From positions 376,500 through 440,499 of the forward strand of contig NW_002060972.1 of assembly GCF_000150275.1 (NCBI RefSeq): DNA of 64,000 bases, written 5' to 3'. Below the pieces are notes generated by a model that saw only the letters and a list, made by a program, of their open reading frames with translations, was not told the DNA's origin and did no database searches. Within the stretch, counting starts at the first letter, position 1. Every line of letters begins with the position of its first letter. Source of the stretch: Trichoplax adhaerens. Lineage: Eukaryota; Animalia; Placozoa. Shown here in pieces: positions 14,501 to 29,007 of this stretch. Position numbers and translations under genes: made by a program.

Positions 14501-16089
14501 ATATATGGCTAGCGTTACTACAAGCCTTTGCTTCTAGTGATTAGTCTACTTCCCTGGTAGAATGATTTGTTGTCTTACAAGATTAGCAGTAAAAGCCACG
14601 CATTAATTCTTTCTGGCTTCTCAATGAAGTAGAATTAAATATAAACTGTACGCAGGCAAGAGTACCTTAATGTTTTCTCATTCACCGCTTAATTTACTCG
14701 TATCTGATAGAATGGTGCATAATATATGAATTTCGAATATTTAAAAGCAAATACATTGGGCTGCTTCTTCTTGGCCTTTCAGTACAATAGATTGGCATAG
14801 GTACCATGAATGCATGAATAGGAGTGGTGTATAATATGTATAAGATACCTCTTCTAATTATCTGTTTCTACAGTAATATAATATACTATACTTATAAGCA
14901 TAAACAAAATGCCTAAGTAATTATGTTGCTGTAAACTACTAATGTTCATGGACTGTCTCAATCCATTCTTCAATGCATAAAAAGCCGAACTACATAACTA
15001 TTCTCTAGCGATAGAAACGTACATTATTTTTGATTATAAATTTTAATGGACCAATTGCGGTTAGCAAGAAGCCCAAAGCGCATAAATCTCTTTGTTCTAG
15101 ACTAAGCGTATAAACCCTATTCTTTAACAATTTCAGTTTTATCTAGTTAGGTTTAGACTATTTATATCCGACACGTGTTTGCTATTTTGGATAAAGGAAA
15201 TAAATTGATAGTTTGGTAAAGAATAAAATTCTTAAGAATTGATCGCGACAATGTCTAGACGTCTTGGCATCACCTAATTTATTCTTGGTCATTACGACTT
15301 ATTACAGCTTTAACTCTATAAAGCTGTATTAGAGGTGGTCATATTGGCTACTATCGTAGTATAAGGTGGAACAGTGACCATCAACAGGTTCAATACTTAA
15401 GGCACTGTCTACCTTAAGTGATACTTCTATTTATTCCATTTCTAGATAACGTATGATGCAGTAGATTGTTATAATATGTATATGTTACATACACGTAATA
15501 ATATATTAGAAAGAATTTTAAAATTAAGGTCAATCTACGTCCAGCCAAATTGCTTAAAATTGATTACTGATAGAAATAATACTTTAGGGTGTATAATTGT
15601 ATTTTTTACTCAAGGATTAATAAAGGATCCCAAAAACTATCACACACTCATCAATTATAGTTTTATTTGATGTAAAAGTGATATTTTTAACTAGCTATAG
15701 AAAGTAAAATATACGTCACGCTATTTGTTTTGGATATGCTGTCTTGCTGGGCCCTTTTAATAGTGCCATTAATTATTAAGCAAAACAAAACTTGCTACAA
15801 ATATTTTTAAGCGGAATTTATCCCTAATTGTTTCATTAAATCCTGTAGTCTAGTCACGGTTATTGCTAGATGCCTCGAGGCGTCTACTAATAAATGGATG
15901 ATGGTTGTCATAGCAACTTTGCATTATGTTGTGTTGATCTGATTTGAATAAATTGATACTTTCCTACCCGTATTATTATCCTTCTATGAACAGTACACGA
16001 AGGAATTTTGATACTTAAATTGCTTTATGCGTCTGTTGCACACTAAGACTAAATGCTATTAGCCTTAATCATTGTTTCATCATAATTAA

Positions 16090-16385
16090 AAAATTGTTGC
16101 ATTCTAAATCCACACCTGTTGGAAAAGTTCAATAGAAAAACACTCCTCCCAAACTCTTTTTTGTCATTATGAATCTCTACAACCATATAGGACTTGCCAA
16201 AACTTGGAATGGCAATAGAATAATAGAATGGAGATGGGAATGCTAAAGCAACTGAATACTTTGGTCAAGTAAAAAATTCCAATCATAACCATATTATTGA
16301 TAGTGGTAGGAGGAAGGTTCATTCCAATCATTATCTTGACATGAATAGCTTCATTTGCAAGAACAGTGGCCCAAATTGCTGCCTA
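16090..16385 (-). mobile_element. Possible relic of a gypsy-type LTR retrotransposon integrase core (frameshifted)
   Basis: Across frameshifts it reads IGMNLPPTTINNMVMIGIFYLTK / YSVALAFPS / VLYGC / VEIHNDKKEFGRSVF / RCGFR. This resembles rve integrase motifs (IGMDLIGPLP.T...DYLTKY..A.P; YG.P..IHSDQG.EF). No LTRs or RT were seen. Confidence 0.3.
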
Positions 16386-19300
16386 GCGCAATTATTAATT
16401 ATAGAGTATTAAAAGTTTGTCTATAAATAATGAAATGCTCGTTACTGAGGTTGTCCTTGCGTTAAGAAAACATCATTAATAATGCGTACTTTGAACTCGA
16501 TTAAATATGGAACGCTTTGAGGGGTGGATTGATGCTGTCACCGATGGTTACCACATAAAGATATTTTTAACTGCTATTGTTAATAAATTATTGTAGTCAT
16601 TTAAGATATTTAATTACGTAACTAGTAATTGACAAATACCAAAGATGTACTTACGCCTGTCAGTTTTCACTGCAATGAAAGCTAATTTACGGTGATAAAA
16701 ATCATTGAAAGCCCTATAGTAAAACTGCAGAAAAAATTTAATATGTATTTTCCAATGTACTCGCAACCTTCATAACGAAAGATGATCAAAGGATGAGTTT
16801 ACTATGGAAACTAGTTTAAACTGCATTATTAATTCCCCACTTTGTAATGCTTAGAATGCTTTCGCCTTGTTATTGATTTTCATATTTTAAACTGGATCGA
16901 TGTAGGCTGGGAGGAAATGTCTTAGGCTATTAACAAGCATAACTAAATGCCATACATGGCATAATGATAGAACAACTTGACTTGCAATGTTAAAAATATG
17001 GAGCCATTAGAGCTGATTTTTATTGGATAAAAGTAAATATGCCCGTTTAAAGGACGGAACTTTGACATAAAACATTTATATAACGTACCCTCATCGACAT
17101 ATAAAGTTTGTTATTTAATAAACTGTTGCAATTTTACGGTCTATGGTATTTAGTGATATAGAGCTTATCCGTTTGCATTTCACGCCGGCGCTACAATAGA
17201 TTAAATCGACTTTCTATTCAGTCATATTACTACCTAGAGATGACTGGAGTCATAAAGAGATTATTTTATAGCTATTTCTGACTTTATACTTAAGGTTTAC
17301 CGATATTTTTGGCAGTGCCTTCTTTAATCTCGAAACCATAGATAAATTTATTGAAGTGACTGCTACTAGATACGAGAGATGAATGTATACTTATTAACAA
17401 GATAGCATCGGCATGAAAAGTATTTTTTTTAGGTAATAGTGAATGTCTTCATTCACTACATAACAAAATTACTAGAAGTTAATGCTCTAGACAAATTTAT
17501 TGCCATTTATACGGATTTGATGGAACATTTTATGTCATAGCTTTGATATAAAAGTTAAAGTTGTACGCTTTTCTTTTTAATCTATTCAAACCTTTTATTC
17601 AATTATTTCAACACTATTACGCAAGTTATATGTACTATCGACGCTAATTTATAATCTTGAATAACAAAATATTTTAGTACTAAAGAGAATGCGATTTATT
17701 GACTTTGCAATATTGTTGATTTGCTATTAAATCTCATTCTCTAGCATGGACAATAACAGTTGATTAAGTTCAATAGATGAATTTACCTTCTATAATCCAG
17801 ATGTTTCCCTAATAACAATGGTCGAAAGATATTGCTACCATGTATCTTATTACTGTTTCCATTGATCGCGAATTGATTTTGATTTAGTTAGTAATTTAAT
17901 GCTATTTGCAATTGTACACGTACATCAAAAGCGTTACTATTTAGTAATATATTAATATTTTTATAAAAGCAAATATAGTTGAAATATCCTCGTTACTCAT
18001 GTGATCGTTTGATAATAAATTTCTGTATTATTGATCCTAAATCAATGCGTTAATACCGTGAATGTAATATTCTTGAGTCACTTTATTCCTTTGTGAGCTA
18101 GTTATACTTAGAGGTTTAGCAAATCAAGATTGGTTTATACGGGTATAGCAACTTAATCATTTGCCTTTAAGGGTTGCAACTTTGCATTATTTGACTAGGA
18201 AACTACCTCAAATGTTATAACACGAACTTAAAACGAATTTACATATTCATTATTACATTAATGATATCCTGAAGAAAAATATTTACTTTTTTATGAAATT
18301 AATTTTGAATGCTATATTGGCCAAACACCTACTATAATTTATGATTGAATGTACGCGTACATTTGATAGTAAGGCTGTAAACAGACATGCCTAACTTGCA
18401 CATCATCTTCCTACTCTAACGACATGATCAAATTTAATCAACAGTGAAAAATTCTTAACTTTTCTCCTAACCAGTTTATATCTTTATATGCTATTTTGCT
18501 ACAAATCAGGACACCGTTATAGAAAGAATATTACAATTCATATGAGGCTACATATACAATTCTAACTTTAAGCTATTTTACAAGAAAGATGGGTGTAGCT
18601 ATTAACACTAACGGTTGGAATTACATTATCTATGCGTATTTTAATGACTTATTAGGAGCTGTTTTACCGAAAATAACCGGACATTGCTATCACTACAAGT
18701 AGCTACTATTCCAAACTGCAACTAAATGTATTCTGATTTTAGTTTTAATCCGCAAGAATTTAGGATTCTCCAATTCTACTCCTCATATTATGATTCATAC
18801 GAGCACAACGATACTTCGACTGTCGTTCTACTTTCAATTCTAGCTTTAGTAAAAATTAAAGTCTAATAGCTCAGTTTTACCCTGTTATGAAATGCAGTAT
18901 GTGTTCGGTAAACACGGCGATACGTTATACTCTGAATATATCCGCAGTTGCTTTATAACTGTTTCACCTGAAGTTGGAATGATATTTAAACTTAGAAAAA
19001 AATAAAATTTTGGGCTTCAACCACTTTAATACAGTACCGGTATGGGTTTAAGACTGGCCATCTGGCTAAAAATCGGACTAGAAATGTCAGACTATGCTAT
19101 TTCGTAATCTATTAACAGATGGAACCGTTAATAAATCAAATAAAATCATAACAGCCAGCGAGATTGTGCATCAAAAGCAAACATTAAAAATTCAGGTTCA
19201 TTTATTAACTTTGTATATATTTTGATTCGTTGTCGGCCCTAATTATTTTTATGTATTATGAATTCAATATTGTTTGAATCAATATCAAGAGAAAAGTTAT

Positions 19301-22300
19301 AGAACTTTGCGATACTACCGTGTACAGCACATCAAATGTAACATCCAATACATCCGCTGTTACTGTATAAATATTTTGCTGAAGAACAAGAGCGCGGGCT
19401 GCTATTTAAACTTTTCAATATTGCAATTAATTCAATTTACTGTTTCATTCAAATTAGTTATACTTGTATTTGCTGGCTTCGAGACTGCACAAATTGTTAG
19501 AAATTAAAGCTCTTTGGCTCAATTTTGTGATATAGAGATATTAATTAACAGCATCAATTGATCAAATTGACTGGGATCAAATGCTATCGAGATGGCATTA
19601 TAAAAAGTAAATATATCCCTTTCTTTCATATATCTATAGCATTAATGCTCTTGCCAGAATCAATTTTAGTTGGAATCATGCCAAGATCATCAATTAAAGT
19701 ATGACTGGAATGTGTTTCATCAAATTTTCACTTCATAGTCTCACCCTTACTGCCTTCCAATCTTGTCTCTTGATTAAAGTATAAAGTAGCTCAACAGTTG
19801 CATTTTGCTCACTGTTTTACAGTTTTCGATCTACAAAACTCCTACCTCCGACTTTTACTCGGCAAGAAGACTGCTTAAGTCGATAGATTGCTAACAAAGT
19901 GTAAATGAGCAAACTTGATGCAAAAATAAGAAACTGAAATCATACCAGCATCGAATCTTGTCATCTTGCTTGAATCTATTTTCACTTTTTTTACTCTCTT
20001 CGTTTCATGAGATTTGAGCAATATTTAATAACATAGTTTTTAAATTTTTTTTCGGTTAGCTAGATCAGATGATATCGTTGTAAGCCGTTAAATATCTTAA
20101 ATCAATTTTTTGGCTTGCCAATTTCATAGCGTGATCGAAATAAATTTTGAGACCGAAGAGTAGAGTCATGGCCATTTTCATACCTTAAAGCTTAATTGCA
20201 TTACTTAGTAGCAATGCAATTCATAACTTGTTATCCTGAGATTAAAAAAGAATATTGAGAATCGAATGATAGAAATCAAGTTAATTAAGAGAAATACTAT
20301 GGAGCATTGAGCAAAAAATTATACTTAACACGTTAATATTGATTGAATTACAGCACCTAACTTGATCATATAGAATGAAGGTCTAAGCCGTTCTTCTTCT
20401 TTATAGTATGACAATGTTAAGAATATTATAGAATAATGGGATAAATTTTATAACAACGTAAACGGTATATTTCAGATATTGACAATTATTGGTATTGTTT
20501 CAAGTTTGGCTGTTTTTCTTTCTAACTAGTCGCCGGAAGCTTACACTATAGAAAGTAAATTATAATTACTGCCATAGTTTAATCAGAGATGATGAACAAT
20601 TATAACTATATGAATTGCAATTTATTCGAATCTGATCCTAACGGCAGAAGATAGGAATCAGAGCATCGTATTTGGAATATTTTGCTGTCGGTAGATTATG
20701 AACATTGGCCGTAACATACATGGATACAGATTAACTATATCAAGATAGTCGTAGTATTAGTATGAAATAGAATAGAGGTTAAAGCTGAGTAATCTTATAG
20801 ATGATAAACTACGTTGTATTATAAAACATCTTTTACTGAAATCAGCAGATTGAAAAAGAGAATTAAAATAAGTACCGCTTACTATTGTTAGATTATATTT
20901 ATTTGCTGGAAATAGAATTAACATCCATATAGCATGACTAAATGGTAAAGTTCTACTGCAACACAATATGGCAAGGATGAAAAACATAACTGTTTCCTTG
21001 TTGTAATCATTAGCAACTGCCTAAAGACTAGGGGACTAATACATACAGTAGGTAAATATTTATTAACTAGAGCTAGATAAACTTTAGATATAGAACGCCG
21101 TTTAATCATAAGTGAGCAGTAATAATAAACTGTCCGTTTTACTGAAATCAGAATTTTACGGCAGTAAGTAGAAACGTTAAATTGTTATTGGATAGAATTT
21201 TCAAACATGAATTGAATTATTTTCACAACTGCTACTAATTAAGTAAAGTTACTCTCAATATTACGACGATAGGCAGTAGTGATAGCTACGAGCATTTTCC
21301 TATGCGAAAGCAGTGTATTATAGGCTATAAATTAGAAGTTTATCATTTAAAACATTCTTATATGTAATATAATTAACTATAGGCTAGCCATAAGATTAAA
21401 GGTAATTGTGACTATTCAATTGTGAGAATAATTGGTAATAAAAAATTAAACTCCATTTTAAAGAAGAAGAAACTTATTATTAAAAAGAGGGACAGGAACA
21501 TCATTTTAAGATGATTTGATGCCTATAGATTGGAAACTATTTTTGAAAATATGTATGTAGTGATTGTTATAATAAGATAACCACCAGATGAAAAATAATG
21601 ATTACGATTTTATAATTGAATGGATAATCGGAAATAATAAGTGATATGGTGAATTTTATTGGAATATAGATTTTATAACGGGTTCAGAAATAGTTACGTC
21701 ATATTTAAATAGTGTTTACATATTATGAACGAATAGAGTTGCTCCTCAACCTTAACTTATAGCTAAAGAGTTACTTTCTGCTTCATATTAGCCAAGGAGA
21801 TCGAATTTGTTCTTATACTGTATAGCCAATGTACTGCTCATCAGAGCTCCAAATTAATTCGTTGCTGACATTTAATAAATAAATCCCAATTGCCTATTTT
21901 CAAACTTCCTGATTGAATGTGCATGTATTTTAGCTAGTTAATAATTGTTGTTACTATCAGCTGCTATATAATATGACTACAATCGTTTCAGAATACTAAA
22001 GGCAACCCGTTGTGAAAGATAGGATCATCATAACATCTTGTTTACAGCCAATACTCATTAAAAAAATCGGATGATGTATGTGGGTGTATCCATTGCTAAT
22101 TCTATCACTTTGTTTTCGTTCGCAAAACGATTAAATTAAATTATTCTAAGCATGTAATGAGGCCATAAGGCAAGACTACATTCCTCTCATCGCCATTATG
22201 ATTATGTGTCTATCATTACAAAACCCGGATAAATTGTTGAAACAGTTCTCCAGTTTGGTAGGGAGCAATGACTAATTTAGAGTGACAAGTTTATCTTAAG

Positions 22301-22950
22301 AACAAATAATTTTAGACGTAATGAAAATAGAATAATAACAATTGCTTGTCTAGATGCACCATTAGCATTGTGTTGATATATCTTTTGCGTGTCCGGTAGC
22401 TCTTTCTTACTTGTTATAGTTTAATTAATATCTTTATGTATTAGTAATAGTCTTTATAAGCACCATTTTATGTGCGCCATCACTTTGACATTAAATCGTT
22501 AATAATTTTTATTATTCTATCATACAAAACTCAAGCTTGTCGTTTTAGTCCATTTCAAGATAATCTAAAGTTCATTTTAATCGATATCTCAAGTTAAATC
22601 TATACAATTATTGAATTTATTGTCTATACCATTTCGCGGTAAATAATAAATATTTTGAAAGAGTTTAATTCGATCACCGTTAAGTTCGATCTAACTCGTA
22701 AACGAGATCCTGAAAGCGACTGTCACGACTGTAAGGTAAACTTAAATTCTCCTTTATTTTCACGTTACCAACGAGTAACAACACATAAAAAATTGTCAAC
22801 GAGCAACTTAATGACTTATTCAAATTTAACATAAGCCGAAATCTCCCTTTTTGCTCTATCATATCTCCTTTTTTATACCATTATAGTTTATCCATTAATA
22901 CTCTATACCACGACAACAGCAAATATGTTTTAAAACATAATCTCAAGACA

Positions 22951-23200
22951 GTAATTATCCCTAAAATGGTGAACATAACCAGTAATAATCCCTAATATGG
23001 AAATCAGTTGAACATAACAGCGAACTTGAATGTAAGAAAGGTCACGCATTGCTAAATTCCGTATTTGATTTTTTATGGGCCACTATTATTGCGCTAACAG
23101 TTTGAAAAAAGATATATCGGATGAGATATTAAAGTTTACTTTAGTACATAAAATATATTCTGAAAGTTTTCTTAAACCTAAGAAAGGTCAGGCATCGCTA
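22951..23200. repeat. Short local duplications (about 31 bp unit and about 146 bp period)
   Basis: gtaattatccctaaaatgg..gaacataac and gtaataatccctaatatgg..gaacataac lie at about 22951-23018. taagaaaggtca(c/g)gcat(t/c)gcta occurs at 23033 and 23179. Confidence 0.65.
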
Positions 23201-26200
23201 CCTTCTATGAGCGATTTCTTCATGTCATTGCTACTGTACTAAAATTTAAAGCAAATTAAGCGGCAATCAAATCGATTTTACTATAACTAAGCTCTACAAA
23301 TGAATATTTTAAGCAGGATAATGGGGTTAACTTCTAGTCAGTTCATAATCAATTTACCGAAACTGTTTGTTTGATTGATTCATTTTTCTTTATCATGCTC
23401 GTCAAATTGAACGAAATAAACTATTAGTTAATGTCTTTGACCTTTTATTATATCTTATACTGCTGTATATAGCTATAATTGAGAAGATTTAAGTTAATGC
23501 GATGAAATCAATCCAATCAAATTCTAGAATACTTAGTAAGTCATCTAGTATAATACTATTTCTAGAGGTCTAAGAATAATAAAGAGTAATTAATAAACAA
23601 CCATTATTTTAAAAAAAGATATTCGTTATACCCGATCATGATCAATATCTATATATGAATCTTAGTCCGGATACTTGCATTTATAAATTATATTAATCAG
23701 TCTACCAGGTAAGCTTGATAGATACTTCACTATTGAGGAGACTCTGAAAACAAAATATTTAGTAAACCAGCCAGAAATACGCTGATTTCCATCTTATGAA
23801 GCTGGTTTATCCCTAAAATAAAATATAGCGCAGAAAAGCTTCAAAATTGTATCGAAAATTCCGGACGGCTGAGTTTATTTACTTTCGTTGTAAAGTCTAT
23901 TCTTGATGCTATTCAGAATATCCTATGTTCGAAAGAAAACCTCTATCCTAGGACATGTAGCAAATGTTCAGCAGTGATCTAAAGGAAATCGGATAGTAGC
24001 ATTTATTGTTTAAAAATAATAGGTGTGCATAAATACATATCCGTATTGCAAAGTGATTAGTTACAAGATTACGAAGCTTCTTTAAATGAAGAAGAAATCA
24101 CGCAAGCAACAAAACATTGCGTGACTGTAATATGAATATATAAAAATGAAAAAAAAGAAATAATCGATTTAACTAGAGAATTTTTAATTATGATTGGCTC
24201 TACCATTAATGAATGATATATTAATCATAATTTAGAATACGCTGAGACAAAAATTACGTATTCGTTAGCCTATCTAGACTACTCTATCATAGCGGGTATC
24301 ACGTTAATTTGGTGTTACTTCCTAAAATACAAGTACATGCTTATATATCAGTTCACAAGGTGCTCCGCATAGGATGTAGTACAATTTTTTACCATATTTA
24401 CAATGTACAAGAATAGAACGATTAATATTGGTCAACACGGGAAAACTTCCATTTTATTATTATAAGGTGTATTGGGAGAAAAATAATGACACTTTGTTGC
24501 AGCTTAAGCTAACAAGATTAGAAAATGCCATTATTGAAGTATTTATCTATATGCGCAAGTTGTGTATCACAATGAATAAAGCAAGTTTATTCTATAAAGT
24601 CGGCATTATGCAAACTTTTAACACTACGACGACACTTACTCAAAGTAATATCATGATCTGACTTTATTTAATGAGCATCATTGCCCTCAATAGCAGTCAG
24701 GAACGTTATGAATTATTTTTAACATCAGAGTAGTAAAGTAGATCTTATTAATGCGGGGAACTTTTGCGAGATCAAGAAGACAAAGTAAACGTCATTTCGT
24801 GACTAATACTTACGCATTTCCCGTAAAAAGCAAATCGAATCGGAAACTTTCATAATGACGCTGTAACAAGCTCTGTAGATCGTTTCCTAATAGAAAACAA
24901 AGTAGAATGTAACATTGATCACATTTATATTTAGTAATAAAATTTAACATTTTGTTTTTTAGAGTTAGCTATAAATAGAAAGCGGCCAGTTCAGGCTCTA
25001 TATATCATCTGTAGGGATACATATAATTAGTAAAACATATAGAGTACAAAGAGATTATAGTCGTTAATATTTAACAAATGAACATGACCACATATTCAGG
25101 ATAGTTTATACAGTTTAGGCAGCTATTTCGAAGTAAAGATTTAATAACGATTTTTTCAATTACTGAGACCTAATTTAGCTTCCTACAATGCAAACAATAT
25201 AAATGTTATATGTATAATGTATAAATGTGTTCTCAATAAATTATTTCTTATTTTGCAATAGAAAAGATTTCTAGCGAATAGAAGAAGCTGCCCAACAAAT
25301 ACTACGCATATTTATTAAGCTTACATGGTCTTTATATCTAATAATAACACTTCATCTGTTATTGAACAGTTCAATCGCCAAATTGGACATTACAGTAAGA
25401 TCGATACTTGTTCTGTTTATGGATGATCGTTGACATTCTAAAATCAGTAAATCCCTCCATGATGATATTAATAAATTGATAGTAATTTTTCAATTGTATC
25501 ATTTTTTAAGATCTACTACCGAACAAGTAGTCTTGTCCCACTACATAATTTGGATTAATCTAATCATCTGACGGTAAGTACCTTTAGATTATATGATCAA
25601 AATACTAAAAAAGATTATTGATGTAAAAGATTAAATAGAAAAATAAATAATTTTATTATACCTGTATAGTACAAAAATTGACCATCGTAAATGCGACTAG
25701 AGCTAGACGGACATAAATTTATTTTTTCGTTCATCTGCTTATTCATTAATTTTGAATTTATCAATTATGGCAACCGAATATTTATTAGTTTAGCTTTTAT
25801 TTTGCTTTTAAATTGATATTGCACTGAAGGGAATATTTAACTGTTTGAACGATAAATGTTATTGCTTTAAATGCTTGCCTTCCATTTTGATTAAATTATA
25901 TTACTTTTACAGCATATGATAGCTTACTTTACAAATCTCGTATTATAAGAATTTAGTAACTGACCTGATTTAGTTTAGCTCTTCTTTCAATGCTGCTAAC
26001 ATAACCTTATATCGGGTATACTGTGATTATCGTCAGACTTTGTTGTAAAGATATTTCATCATAGCCTCAGAGAATAGCCACTAATATAGCTCTTTAATTA
26101 GAGCTACGAGTAACAGTTACTGTGGTTACTTACTTAAATTTTTCTAGACAAAATCTAATGATTTACTTTATTGGAAAATCGTTTACATTCTATTAAATCT

Positions 26201-28808
26201 TTTTCTATGCCGATCATTATAATACTTCGATTAAATGGCTATAATGCTATACAAATGATCAAAAATTGAATGAATAATTCGTCTTTTTTCTCTTAACCGT
26301 AAAATAATTCATTTTCTGATTCATCCTAATCTACTCGAATATTACATTCGGGTAATTGTCTATCAATTATTTGTTACAGTCCGAATCTGATACGGTCGCG
26401 ACCTTGTGCAAACAAAAATATTATAAAGCAGTTCCTGTGTAGTACTGAAATTATTATATGAATCATTATTTTCGTTTTCCAAACCTAAATGTAGTATCAT
26501 TTTAATTCATAGCAGATTTAAATTTAATAATAGCAAACCCTTGCGTGATCAATTTATGTCCTAAATAATAGAAATATCATACGTACACAAACAGGAAACC
26601 TTTCAAATATGCATTAGATGTGATTAAATTGGATGTAATGAACAATTCAATCATCACTATCATATCTACAAATTTAAAAACATCAATAACTTAATTATTT
26701 TCGATCAACAAAGTCATTTGCAATTTGCAATTTAATCTATACGTACAATAGTAATGATAATGGCAATATTCCCTTTTTCTATTTAAATCGAAGTCAAATA
26801 ACAGAATAAGTCTCTTATAGTATTAGTCAATATATTTTTGTTCCTGCTATCACCAGATTTCCCTATTTTTATAACGGGGCATCATATTACAGTATACGCT
26901 TAAAGTTGCATAAAAAGGGGAGCAGAATCTAATGGCGATTAAATAACTTATTGCAATGCTTTACCTCCAATTAAAGTTAATTTGTGATTCATTTCTTCAT
27001 CTTACAAGATAATATCGGTAGCTATTTCATTCTTAATGTTTTCAGTCATTTCAGTTAAATTTAGCAAATAGGACGAAATGAAAAATATATCGTATTGTGC
27101 GCTTATTGCCTATATTGATTAGATTATTCTGCTTGGAAAATGTGCTATAGATAGTTAGATTTTACTTTATGTGGAGAAATTAAAATGAATTCTAATTACT
27201 TTTTTAAATGCTAGATAGCTTTTCCTTCAAAAATGATTAATAAGGAATCTTTAAATCGAGCTTTATAAGCTGGCAGTTATTAGCGGGTGCTCGACAACAA
27301 TTTAGACTATACTAATACTTAGGCTACTAAATGATTTTATTCTTATTCAAGCATAAATTAAATAGATTTATGTCATTGAATTCAATTTTGTCTCATTTTT
27401 TAGCATATTAATTATATTATAATTGGCTAGAGTTAGCTTAGTTAATTAGCATAGAATAATAAACTGTTTACGTTAACTAGAATAGCATTGGTATTATCAT
27501 CAATTGAACAATATTTAGAAATATTTCCAGTAAATTTTAAAAAATGATATCCAATCTCTTAAAATTTTCTATTATTCTTTCTATTTGTGCAATTTTTATC
27601 ATGTCGCTACAAATCGTATTTTTTGTTGTTATTGCGTGATCATTACATATTCCTTTCGTCAACAAAACCAAAAAGAGCTAGTGCTAAAGTGAATAACTGA
27701 ATGTCAATTTCTTTATTGTTGATATAGAAAATCATTTTATTCCAAGTTCAGAATAATATCATTAATTTTTAATCCCGAAAGAACTTGATTTTGACCTAAT
27801 ATCAACTTGCGTAGCAAGTTTACCTTTACGATTTCTTTGCCACAGAATTTAAGTAGAAATAATTCATCATTTATGAACATAGTTTCATACCAGTCTAATC
27901 TATTATGAGCAAAAAAATAGCTACTGTGATTTTTAATTGAAAGCAACATAGATACACATTTATAGTCAGCTAATACCTTACCTAATGGATAGAAAGGTAT
28001 CATACAATAAATATTCCAATGTAGACTACCCTCTATTTAAAACATAGCAAAAATTTGTTCTATATGATTAGAATATATAGTCAGATTACGGTAATTACAA
28101 TGAATTACTGATTTTAATTTTGCTTTTATGACAAGAATTTTAATGGATATAACAGTGATATAATGAATAGTATATAGAATGTATATGTTAAGTTCAATCC
28201 TGGAAATGTCCAATTGCTTGGCATTGTCCTAATGGAATTTTCAGTCATCACTTTCCATTATATCGACTCGCTTTGGATGCATAATGATGCTTTATAGCTG
28301 TTGTATTAAAGTAATCTTAAGATTCATGAGAATAATTTACTAGGCTAGCCCTAAATGTCATGTAATTAATTCATTTCTTGCATTCTTAACGCTATAAGGG
28401 TCTAAAGTTCGATAAGACTACAATAGTGATCAAGTGAAATAACCATCATGATTTGTAGGTCAATGAAATTGAATAATAGCAATCATAAATGCCAACGTTA
28501 AAGAAAATGTTGGAATCCAAAGTAATTTTCTGAAATCAGCATCAATAAAAGCGATTTGGCTTAGATGTCATCGCTATAGGACATTCTACGTCTAAATTTT
28601 AATAGATTAACATGAGTCGTGTAGGTGTTGGGCACGTGCTGAATGACTGATGGAATAAGTGAAAATATTTTTATTTTATTCAATTATTTTTCAAAGAAAT
28701 TGATCGCCAATTTCATTATTGTCTTGGTTGTCATACTGATGGCAATTGACCGTCTGAACTTTTTTGACAGAATAAATTGAGCGTTTTAATTTCTGTCTTC
28801 AAAATTTG

Positions 28809-29007
28809 TTTTGATATCAGGATAATTGAGTAGCAATTGATAGAAAGGCTACCCTCGATTACGTTTTCCTTATTTCTTTCCTAAATGGTCCGTATATTGA
28901 GTATTTAATTCGATCTTCTATGTTTTTATTTTGATATCAGGATAATTGAGTAGTAGTCAATCGAAATGTTACCTTCAAACCATGGTATCCTTATTTTCCC
29001 CTTAAAT
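28809..29007. repeat. Diverged tandem duplication, period 120 bp
   Basis: The identical 25-mer ttttgatatcaggataattgagtag occurs at 28809 and 28929, with similar downstream sequence (..acc.tc.....ccttattt....taaat). Confidence 0.8.

Noticed and set aside
14760-14800. Resemblance to the U2 snRNA 5' end (gcttcttcttggccttt)
   Set aside because: The similarity stops after about 15 nt, with no branch-pairing GTAGTA or Sm site.
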